Below, one piece after another: positions 18,879 through 26,431 of a stretch of 64,000 bases of DNA. The stretch spans positions 2,796-66,795 of the forward strand of contig MFZQ01000003.1 of NCBI GenBank assembly GCA_001789445.1. Direction: 5' to 3'. Under the pieces are notes generated by a model, which had not been told where the DNA came from, searched no databases, and saw nothing but the letters and a program-made list of their open reading frames with translations. Source of the DNA: Candidatus Roizmanbacteria bacterium RIFCSPHIGHO2_02_FULL_40_13b (GTDB lineage: Bacteria; Patescibacteriota; Microgenomatia; UBA1406; HO2-37-13b). How positions within the stretch are numbered: position 1 is the first letter of the stretch; the number at the start of each line of letters is the position of its first letter. The position numbers and the translations under genes were made by a program.

Positions 18879-19826
18879 TCAATACCCTACTTTTTCCACC
18901 AACATCCAGTCAATCAAATTTTTCATACTTGTATCATTGTGCTTTGTAACCAATCCTCGATAGCTTCCACTGTTTTCCAAATTAAGATACGTTAGTATTC
19001 TTTTCCGTAGCCGTTTTTGCAATCTCCGCATATTCGGATATATATCACAGCCTAAAAAATGTAACCCACTTGCTACTGGAATAATCAAGCTATTTTTATT
19101 ATTTATCGTAAGTTTCAAAATATTATTGATAAAAAAAGTTATCAGAATCTCATATTCTTTAGCAATTTGACTATTCTCTGCCACCACTAAAAAATCGTCC
19201 CCATATCGAAGGTACCCTAAAGGTTTTACCGTATGTTCAACAAATCGATCTAGTTCGTTAAGATAAATATTGGCAAAAATCTGGCTGGTAAGATTACCGA
19301 TTGGCATCCCGGTACCTTTTTCCTTGACATAGTAACTATCAACAATCCTGTCTATTATTTTTAATGCACCGCGATCAAATACCTTTCTTCTTACTGTATT
19401 TTTCAGTATTTTATGATCTACTGTATCAAAAAATTTAGTTATATCAGACCTCCAAACATACCCGTATCGATATTTTCCTAATAAATATTGTGTTCGTTCA
19501 ATTGCTCTCAAAAGTCCTTTTCCTTTGCGACATGACCACACATCGTAGATAAAAGATTTATCAAAAAGAGCGGTCAAGTATTCGTTTACTAATCTATGAA
19601 CAATCCTGTCCAGAATTGGAGCTACTGAAATGGTTCTTTTTTTCTTATCAGTAACTTGAAATGTTCGATATAATCCATGTTTGTAGGTGCCTGTTACTAA
19701 ATCATGGTGTACTTGTGAAAGATTTTCCTCAAGATTATAAGTAAAAATATCCATTTCCGTAGTTCTTTTTTTCCCACGTTGAAATGCCTGCCAGGAAAGC
19801 CAAATCTGTGATAAACTTACGTCCAT
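18879..19826 (-). CDS. DGR-1 reverse transcriptase
   Basis: Carries the RT motifs, including MPIGNLTSQIFANIY (the [IL]GxxxSQ signature of DGR RTs) and the catalytic YGDDFLVV. It is adjacent to a TR/VR pair. Confidence 0.9.
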   Translation of the reverse strand: MDVSLSQIWLSWQAFQRGKKRTTEMDIFTYNLEENLSQVHHDLVTGTYKHGLYRTFQVTDKKKRTISVAPILDRIVHRLVNEYLTALFDKSFIYDVWSCRKGKGLLRAIERTQYLLGKYRYGYVWRSDITKFFDTVDHKILKNTVRRKVFDRGALKIIDRIVDSYYVKEKGTGMPIGNLTSQIFANIYLNELDRFVEHTVKPLGYLRYGDDFLVVAENSQIAKEYEILITFFINNILKLTINNKNSLIIPVASGLHFLGCDIYPNMRRLQKRLRKRILTYLNLENSGSYRGLVTKHNDTSMKNLIDWMLVEKVGY

Positions 19827-20175
19827 GGATGCAACAACTCTTCCAGTTATAATGCTGTTATTTGATGTCTATAAACAAGTTACTACAATCAGTGTAAAAT
19901 TACCTAAAAGATGGAATTATGGTCTGGGAATTAGTATTGAGAAAAGTGTTCTTGAATGTCTTGAATATCTCGTTATGGCTAAAAACGCCCCGAAGCAGTT
20001 AAAATCAGCGTATCTTATTAAAGCAAGTGCTCATTTGGAAATGATACGGTTCAAACTGCGCTTAATTCTCGAAAATAAACTTGCCAACGAAACCATAATT
20101 TTTCAAACACAGGCAAACATTGCCGAAGCTGGACGAATGCTTGGCGGGTGGCTCAAATCGACACAAAGTACCTAA
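19825..20175 (+). CDS. avd: DGR-1 Avd-like four-helix-bundle protein, opposite strand to the RT
   Basis: KLPKRWNYGLG...EAGRMLGGWLKS matches the four-helix-bundle (23S rRNA IVS / Avd) family pattern. Its ATG overlaps the RT ATG in a CATG palindrome. Confidence 0.75.
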   Translation: MDATTLPVIMLLFDVYKQVTTISVKLPKRWNYGLGISIEKSVLECLEYLVMAKNAPKQLKSAYLIKASAHLEMIRFKLRLILENKLANETIIFQTQANIAEAGRMLGGWLKSTQST

Positions 20176-20178
20176 ACC

Positions 20179-20289
20179 TCTCACCGTGGGGGCAGTACCC
20201 CAATTACCATTCTGGTTATCAGGATTGTCTGCATTCAACTTCAACTGCCTATTGTCACGATTCCAGTTACCATTCGGCACGTTGCCCGT
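20179..20289 (-). repeat. DGR-1 template repeat (TR1)
   Basis: 111-bp copy of 20519-20629. All 17 differences are A in this copy on the minus strand. AAY-rich. Confidence 0.9.
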
Positions 20290-20503
20290 AGTATGACCCA
20301 ATGCAATCTTTGTACATAAAAGGTCGCAACCTTTTCGACATGATCCCGCTTTGCGGGAAGGAAACACTGGGCTCATCGGTGAGAGGTTCTAGGATTTTGA
20401 CCTAAAGAACCATACGGTAGCCCTGCCAAAGGCAGAGATGCTATTCACCGTGGTATAAAGTATAGAAAAAAAACAAAGATAAAAAAAGAAGAAAAGAAAA
20501 AGA

Positions 20504-21568
20504 TCAAACACCAATGAGTCTCACCGTGGGGGCAGTACCCCAAAGACCAAACTGGCTACCAGGAGTGCCTGCATTCAACTCCAACTGCCTAATGCCACGA
20601 AACCAGTAACCATCCGGCACGAAGCCCGTTTGTGGATCAACATTACCTATAAGCCATACTGCGCTTTGCTGATTCCACTCATATGAGACTTGTCCTGTTT
20701 CATGAAGGTGAACAGCAAAATCGGTGAGAAAATCTTCGATTGTTCTGCCTGTTTCGCCTGCATACATCGGACCACTAAGTGTTGTGAGATAATCGCGTGG
20801 AGTTGCATTGGTTGCCAGTTGTGTTCTTCCTCCAACCGTTTGTGCTTGATGTGGTTGAGGTAATATAACTGTTGGTTCATCAAATCGAATACTCCAGCCA
20901 GGAACAGCACAAATTCTTGGATCAGTTAGTATTGTTTTTCTGGTTCGTCCACCATGATCGTCAGTAAAACGTTCGGGGAAATATCTCAAACCTTGCTTAG
21001 TAAGAACCCCACGAATTCCATCCCATATCCAGATAGGGTCGGTCGTGTTGACCGCGGCAGGGTGGTCGGCTTCATTTTCATCTCGTTTGGAGAGAAGTAG
21101 GGTGTTTGCCTTTGATCGTGCTATTATAACAATAGCTTCAGTCTTTTTGAGGAGATGTGTGGTTGGAGCGGCAAATGGGGTTAGATCAAGTCTTGAGAAT
21201 CCTTGAGCAGTTTTTCGTTCTGCTAACTCTTGATTTTGCTCGCTACGAAGTATGTTGACAAATTGCTCTCGGGTTGGAATTGGGTATCTTTTTACAAAAC
21301 TATGTTCAGTAATTCCAGTTTCTGCAAGAGATGCAACTCGGGTTTCAAATTGATGCACCAGCGCTTCTTCGCGTTGTTCGGGAGACAAGACAGGTTCTGT
21401 AGTTGAAACATACACAACCTGTTCTTCCCATGGAAGGTCTTTCACAAGACCCCCTTCTTTGGCAGCTAGAAAGGTTTTGAGCGTACCTTCAAGAAATTGT
21501 GCACCGATTTCATTACCATCCTCTCTATGCGCCTCAATCGCCCGCATATGTTCACGTTCCATTGCCAT
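20504..21568 (-). CDS. DGR-1 variable target protein (354 aa)
   Basis: The C-terminal 37 codons are VR1. No signal peptide. GC richer than the flanks. Confidence 0.85.
   Translation of the reverse strand: MAMEREHMRAIEAHREDGNEIGAQFLEGTLKTFLAAKEGGLVKDLPWEEQVVYVSTTEPVLSPEQREEALVHQFETRVASLAETGITEHSFVKRYPIPTREQFVNILRSEQNQELAERKTAQGFSRLDLTPFAAPTTHLLKKTEAIVIIARSKANTLLLSKRDENEADHPAAVNTTDPIWIWDGIRGVLTKQGLRYFPERFTDDHGGRTRKTILTDPRICAVPGWSIRFDEPTVILPQPHQAQTVGGRTQLATNATPRDYLTTLSGPMYAGETGRTIEDFLTDFAVHLHETGQVSYEWNQQSAVWLIGNVDPQTGFVPDGYWFRGIRQLELNAGTPGSQFGLWGTAPTVRLIGV
20519..20629 (-). repeat. DGR-1 variable repeat (VR1)
   Basis: See TR1. It ends 15 nt before the target stop codon. Confidence 0.9.
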
Positions 21569-21577
21569 ATTCTTCCT

Positions 21578-21605
21578 ATTATAACAGTCTTTTTTGGGTT
21601 GTCAA
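21578..21605 (-). promoter_or_regulatory. Consensus sigma70-like promoter of the DGR-1 target
   Basis: Minus strand reads TTGACA-N16-TATAAT, then AGGAAGAAT, then ATG. The promoter is embedded in the last codons of the upstream MBL-fold gene. Confidence 0.6.
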
Positions 21606-22211
21606 CTTAATTTTCCGCTCCTCCCCAATCATCGTCTCCGAACCATGTCCTGGATAGACTATTGTATCTTGCGGAAGTTTGAAAAGTGTTTGAAGTGATT
21701 GGAAAAGAAAATCTTTATCGCTGTACGAGTGATCGTATGCACCGATTCCATCTTTAAAGAGAGTATCTCCAGTAAAAACCGCGTTTTCTTCTGGAAAATA
21801 AAATGAGCAGGAGCCGGGGGTGTGGCCGGGAGTGGGGATCACACGTAACTCGAAACATGTAACATGTAACACGCCAGGATTTAGAAAGGAGATATTCTCT
21901 GGAGGAACAATTGGTGGAGTAAATCCCAGAAAATGTTTTGCTGTTTCACCCATTCTTTTAACCAAGAAAAGATCGTCTTTGTGCATCATGAGAGGAAGGT
22001 TGAAAGAAAGAGAAAGCTCACCTGCGGCCATAATGTGATCGAAGTGTCCATGTGTGGCTAGTATTCCAACTGGAGTGAGCGCTTCTCGAAGAATTATTTC
22101 AGAGATAAATTCTACACTATCTGCCGGATCAATGATCAGACATTCTTTGTCTTCAATTAAAAGATAACAATTTGTCTGCAACTCCCCGAGCGAATATCTC
22201 CGTATTTGCAT
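21579..22211 (-). CDS. MBL-fold metallo-hydrolase
   Basis: HGHFDH zinc motif with downstream TPGHTPGS and PGHG. Confidence 0.85.
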   Translation of the reverse strand: MQIRRYSLGELQTNCYLLIEDKECLIIDPADSVEFISEIILREALTPVGILATHGHFDHIMAAGELSLSFNLPLMMHKDDLFLVKRMGETAKHFLGFTPPIVPPENISFLNPGVLHVTCFELRVIPTPGHTPGSCSFYFPEENAVFTGDTLFKDGIGAYDHSYSDKDFLFQSLQTLFKLPQDTIVYPGHGSETMIGEERKIKLTTQKRLL

Positions 22212-22256
22212 CCTTTCATTCTATCATTCTCTCCCCATCTACTCCTCCCCTCCTCC

Positions 22257-22293
22257 CGCTCTCCCTATCCCCCCATCACCTCCTCTTCTCCTC
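22257..22293. repeat. 37-nt pyrimidine-rich repeat, copy 1
   Basis: cgctctccctatccccccatcacctcctcttctcctc matches 39568-39604 at 36/37 positions. Confidence 0.7.
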
Positions 22294-22366
22294 TCTATTT
22301 CGCCCCTTGCTTTCCCACAAAAGTAGTATCATAAAAGTATCTTAAGTATGAAGGGAGGTGATATAT

Positions 22367-22771
22367 ATGTATAATGTAAATTATCTTCATATCCTTGTAG
22401 CCGCAGTTGTCGCAATGATCGCTGGATATTTATGGTACTCTCCATACTTATTTGGGAACCAATGGGCAAAGCTTTCTGGTATGAAAATGGACGGCGGCTC
22501 AAAGCAAGATATGCAAAAGACGTATGGGATATCATATCTTTTAGCCGTTGTGACAGCATATATGATGAGCTACTTTATCGGCTATTTACAGGTAACGACA
22601 TTTATGGGGGCAGTACAGCTGGCATTTATGCTATGGCTTGGATTTGCAATGCCGCCTATGGCGACCAATTATCTATTTAAGAAAACTTCACAACAGTTGT
22701 TTTTTTTGGAAACCGGGCACGTTTTATTCGCAATGGTAGCAATCGCAGTAACGCTCGTTTTGTGGGTCTAG
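22367..22771 (+). CDS. DUF1761-like membrane protein
   Basis: AGYLWYSPYLFGNQW motif. GGGAGG lies 8 nt upstream of the ATG at 22367. Confidence 0.6.
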   Translation: MYNVNYLHILVAAVVAMIAGYLWYSPYLFGNQWAKLSGMKMDGGSKQDMQKTYGISYLLAVVTAYMMSYFIGYLQVTTFMGAVQLAFMLWLGFAMPPMATNYLFKKTSQQLFFLETGHVLFAMVAIAVTLVLWV

Positions 22772-22776
22772 AAGAT

Positions 22777-23433
22777 TTATTTCTCCACAATCTCGACCGT
22801 AGTAACAACGGTTGGGGTTGTTGGTGTTGATCCTTCCCCGTTTGGTCCGGCTTCAACTTTGGAATTCGCAATCTTATCTACAACAGCAAGTCCCGCAGAA
22901 ACTTTTCCGAAGATGACATAATTTTTTTGAATTTGATTTTTCTGATGCATGATGAAAAATTGACTTCCGTTTGTGTTTGGCCCTGCATTTGCCATCGCAA
23001 CCGTTCCTCGATCATACTCCCCATCAAACTTTTCATCGTCAAATTTGTATCCTGGTCCACCAGTGCCATCTCCTTTTGGATCCCCACCCTGAATCATAAA
23101 TCCTTTAATGACACGGTGAAAAATGGTTTTGTTATAGAATTTTTTGTTTGCAAGCGTGACAAAGTTATTAACAGTAATGGGAGTTTTGTCAGTAAACAGG
23201 TCAATAGTAATGGTTCCTGCTGATGTTTTCAGGATTGCCTGATATGTTTTTGTTTTGTCAATTGTCATAATTGGCGTTGGTTGTGATTCTAAAGGATTTG
23301 TTACCTCTCGTGTACTAGTTGGGCTTGTTATTCCAGATTGTTTCGTAGATGTTCCCGCTTTGGACAAAAACAGGTATCCTACGATAAAAATGATAATAAT
23401 TACCCCTATGATAACGGTTGATTCTTTCTGCAT
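22777..23433 (-). CDS. ppiB: Cyclophilin-type peptidyl-prolyl isomerase with N-terminal membrane anchor
   Basis: FHRVIKGFMIQGGDP and GTVAMANAGPNTNGSQFFI. Start is uncertain (23433 or 23490). Confidence 0.88.
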   Translation of the reverse strand: MQKESTVIIGVIIIIFIVGYLFLSKAGTSTKQSGITSPTSTREVTNPLESQPTPIMTIDKTKTYQAILKTSAGTITIDLFTDKTPITVNNFVTLANKKFYNKTIFHRVIKGFMIQGGDPKGDGTGGPGYKFDDEKFDGEYDRGTVAMANAGPNTNGSQFFIMHQKNQIQKNYVIFGKVSAGLAVVDKIANSKVEAGPNGEGSTPTTPTVVTTVEIVEK

Positions 23434-23521
23434 ATTCGTGCCTAACAAACGATATTTTATCACAAAATGATGCATATATGCACTAGACATTATTCAACGA
23501 GCTCTTTATAATGACCTGCAT

Positions 23522-23998
23522 ATGGAAAATTCAACACCGTGTCCCAAATGCGGGTCACCACTTTCGGAGGTTATTGAAACAAAAAGCGGCAAACAGCTAC
23601 GTCGCTGTACTGCAGGCTCGTGGAATGCGCAGACCAAAATGGTCGATGGGTGCGATTATGTTCTCTGGATTACCCCAGAACCCAAAGAACTAGATGAGAA
23701 ATGCCCTAAATGTGGGTCTCCACTTATATTAATGGTTACTCGATTCGGAAAAAAGATGAAAAAATGCTCGACAAACACGTGGGATCCCCAGACAAAAACG
23801 GCGTCAGGGTGCGACTATGTCGAATTCTTGGGAACGAAAGTTGAGGAACTTGATGAAGATTGCCCAGAATGTGGAGAGAAGCTCTTGCTTAAAACAGTTG
23901 CATCGGGCAAACAAATGAAAGTTTGTTCAACGAGTAAATGGGATCCAAAGACTAAAGAAACAAGTGGATGCACTTATATCGAATGGCAACCGAATTAG
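23522..23998 (+). CDS. Protein of three tandem topoisomerase-type C4 zinc ribbons
   Basis: Three ~50-aa repeats, each CP(K/E)CG...C(T/S)...W...GC(D/T)Y. Confidence 0.7.
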   Translation: MENSTPCPKCGSPLSEVIETKSGKQLRRCTAGSWNAQTKMVDGCDYVLWITPEPKELDEKCPKCGSPLILMVTRFGKKMKKCSTNTWDPQTKTASGCDYVEFLGTKVEELDEDCPECGEKLLLKTVASGKQMKVCSTSKWDPKTKETSGCTYIEWQPN

Positions 23999-25128
23999 AG
24001 AATTGAGCTCTGCTCATCCTCATCAGAGCTTTCCCCTGATTCAAGGGATAAGCTTTTGAGTTCGGGAAGCGAGGCTCCAACAATTCCTTGTAAATCGCCA
24101 TACATCCCGTGTGTGTGATCAAGTACTTTTCGTATCTCTTTTTCTTGTCTGCCCCATTTGGCCGCAAACCATCGCTTTTCTCGTTCCATTTCAGCCTGTA
24201 AATTGCTAAATGCTTCAACGATCGCCTCAACCCGGTGTTTAAATTCCGTTCCAATTAAATACTCATAGACAACCTCCATTTTCCCACTTTTTCCTTCTTT
24301 GGTTTGTTTTTCATGATGTAAACTAATCAAATTAAAACGCAATGCAAATGCAAGCGGAACTACAAACTGCCAACTTGTCACCCACACTCCTTCCCGATAC
24401 GTAAATGAGTCGAGCCATTCGGGTTTATTGATCGTCACAAGAACCGCAAGTTCAGACTTTGCCGTCCGTTGATCCCCTTTCAACTTGGAAATCCATCCTT
24501 GTTGCCACTGTGCATTTTTTGATTCCCACAAAATTACTCCACAACTACGTCCGAGTTTATCGATAATTTCGTGTGTCGTGTCAGCCCCCCGTTCTCCTTT
24601 TTTAACTTCATAAATTTTGTCACTTGGAAACTCATTTTTTAAAATCCGCTCAAGCTCAAGTTCCAGAACCTCTCCTTGTGTTTGTTGGGAGCCTTGTTGC
24701 ATTTTATTCTTTAATTCTTCTATTTGAATAAGCGCATCGGAAAGTTTTTTATTTTTTTCTAAATCTTTCAGTTCATGTTCTGCCTCTGTTTTTTTTCGAA
24801 TTTCAACCCGAATTTTTTCTTCCTCATTGAGCAATCTCTGCTTCATCTCAATTTCACGCTCTTCATCCTTTCTTCGAAGCGCGCGCATTTCTTCAAGAAG
24901 TTTGTCAAGTTTTTCTGTCAGACTCTTATTTCTTTCTTTTTCTTCAGCAATTTCAGCAGACAAACTCTTTGTTTGGGTTTCAAATTGGGCAGAAGCTTTC
25001 TTTTGCGCTTCCTCAAGTAGTGCGCTTCGAGTTTCCGAAACAATCTCTTCGCGCATTTGATGAGAAAGCGCTTCAGAAAGCTCTATTTCATGCTTGCAAT
25101 GTGGACAGGTGATGGTATTAGTGGACAT
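23995..25128 (-). CDS. DUF2130-like coiled-coil protein
   Basis: N-terminal CPHCKHEIEL zinc knuckle, a long charged coiled coil and a conserved C-terminal domain. Confidence 0.6.
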   Translation of the reverse strand: MSTNTITCPHCKHEIELSEALSHQMREEIVSETRSALLEEAQKKASAQFETQTKSLSAEIAEEKERNKSLTEKLDKLLEEMRALRRKDEEREIEMKQRLLNEEEKIRVEIRKKTEAEHELKDLEKNKKLSDALIQIEELKNKMQQGSQQTQGEVLELELERILKNEFPSDKIYEVKKGERGADTTHEIIDKLGRSCGVILWESKNAQWQQGWISKLKGDQRTAKSELAVLVTINKPEWLDSFTYREGVWVTSWQFVVPLAFALRFNLISLHHEKQTKEGKSGKMEVVYEYLIGTEFKHRVEAIVEAFSNLQAEMEREKRWFAAKWGRQEKEIRKVLDHTHGMYGDLQGIVGASLPELKSLSLESGESSDEDEQSSIL

Positions 25129-25245
25129 GAGTGGGATTATTATATAATACCAGTATGTCAGATGGAGACGAAGAACAATCTACACGTACATTTAGAGTCG
25201 ATGGCGACCATAGCAACCGCAAAACAAAATGATGGTTTTATGACT

Positions 25246-25305
25246 CGTCATGCTGAACTTGTTTCAGCATCCCAACAGTGAGATCTCGAAATAAATTTGG
25301 GATGA
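25246..25305. repeat. Inverted pair of 25-nt hairpin elements (type A family)
   Basis: gtcatgctgaacttgtttcagcatc (25246-25270) and gatctcgaaataaatttgggatgac (25281-25305). Same family as four copies inside ORF 62593..63912. Confidence 0.7.
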
Positions 25306-25441
25306 CAAATAAAACAATTTGAATTGCGCTAGCTATAGGTGCTAGTTAGAGTACGGGAAAACGGCCCAGACAGCCGTGTTTATTCGCCTAACTGTTGGTT
25401 AGACGCATGACCAGAATGTTATCAGATTGCATAGAAGAAAG

Positions 25442-25771
25442 TCAAGGAGTTTGCAATGCCACCTCCACGATACGAAGGGCAACCATTAGCGAGGGACCAA
25501 ACACAACAAGCGCAATGGCCAGCCACACCTGCATCAACGGATAGCGGCGCTTGACCAGACGGACAGCGATAGCTGATGCGACTAGATATGGTATGACGAA
25601 GCCCGCGAAGCATCCCGCATACCCCTTAATGCAGTCAGCTCGGAAGAAGTAGTAATAGACTCCGATAAGATATGATACCGGCAAAATAACGAGCTCCATC
25701 AAAAGTATAAATGCGTAAGGTAGAAGCCTTTGCAGACGACCGATGGGTAGTACTTGTGGGGGCTCGGTCAT
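25442..25771 (-). CDS. Small membrane protein in a GC-richer patch
   Basis: Three hydrophobic spans. Local GC is visibly higher than the neighbours. Confidence 0.4.
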   Translation of the reverse strand: MTEPPQVLPIGRLQRLLPYAFILLMELVILPVSYLIGVYYYFFRADCIKGYAGCFAGFVIPYLVASAIAVRLVKRRYPLMQVWLAIALVVFGPSLMVALRIVEVALQTP

Positions 25772-25878
25772 GCATTAGAGTGTACTCCTGGCAAGATTCG
25801 CTTGTCAACACAATTTTACACAGAGAATTTGTCTCTGTCGCATCTCAACCAATTACTACTCCAACTCCTTAAATAGTA

Positions 25879-25908
25879 ACACTTCGATTATTCGAATAAT
25901 CGAAGTGT
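25879..25908. terminator. Perfect 14-bp-stem hairpin directly after the hicA stop
   Basis: acacttcgattatt-cg-aataatcgaagtgt, with T-rich runs on both strands. Likely a bidirectional terminator. Confidence 0.55.
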
Positions 25909-25909
25909 C

Positions 25910-26152
25910 TTATTTTGCATTTACAAACTCACTCTCGTCGATTCCGGCTTGTTTAATGATATTTCGTAGTGTACCAGCTTTTACTTCTTTATGATGGGGA
26001 ACCACACATGTTTTTCTTGTTTGTTCGTTCCACCATATTTCATGACTTCCTCCGGTTGCCCTTCTGAATGCAAATCCAAGTTTACGAAGTTTTTTAATAA
26101 CGATCCGATACGGTAATGGTTTAACCGATGGCATATTGGTCAGAAGACACAA
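25910..26152 (-). CDS. hicA: HicA mRNA-interferase toxin
   Basis: LRKLGFAFRRATGGSHEIW...HHKEVKAGTLRNIIKQAGI. Confidence 0.85.
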   Translation of the reverse strand: MCLLTNMPSVKPLPYRIVIKKLRKLGFAFRRATGGSHEIWWNEQTRKTCVVPHHKEVKAGTLRNIIKQAGIDESEFVNAK

Positions 26153-26420
26153 TTAAGGGGAAGGTTAGTTTCAAGGCACGAGCTGATTTTTGAGAAGTCT
26201 TTTTTAACTTTAAAGGTATTTTCATTCCTTCTTCTTCATATAACTCTATGAGCGAAGATGCTACATATGAAACCTCATTTATTACTTCTTCTATCATATC
26301 TCCTTGGGCGTAGCAATCCTTCCATTGAGAACAATAGGCAGTAAAACCCCCGCCAGTCTCTTTCTGTATTACGATTGGAAGTTCATATTCTTTAATGGTG
26401 AGTGTTTTATTATTATTCAT
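26121..26420 (-). CDS. hicB: HicB antitoxin
   Basis: GGFTAYCSQWKDCYAQGDMIEEVINEV is a HicB-like N-domain. It is upstream of and overlapping hicA. Confidence 0.8.
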   Translation of the reverse strand: MNNNKTLTIKEYELPIVIQKETGGGFTAYCSQWKDCYAQGDMIEEVINEVSYVASSLIELYEEEGMKIPLKLKKTSQKSARALKLTFPLIVSSDQYAIG

Positions 26421-26431
26421 ATACGGGGAAA

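Noticed and set aside
18879-19826. Interpreting the two reverse transcriptases as retron or Abi-type defence RTs
   Set aside because: Both carry the [IL]GxxxSQ motif typical of DGR RTs, and each sits beside an Avd-like gene and a TR/VR pair with adenine-biased mismatches. I could see no msr/msd-like inverted repeats.
20062-20376. ORF-track protein of 104 aa (minus strand) covering TR1
   Set aside because: It is simply the template repeat read in the target's frame (Asn-rich NVPNGNWNRDNRQLKLNADNPDNQNGNW). It overlaps the avd1 3' end and has no independent start context. Treated as the non-coding TR.
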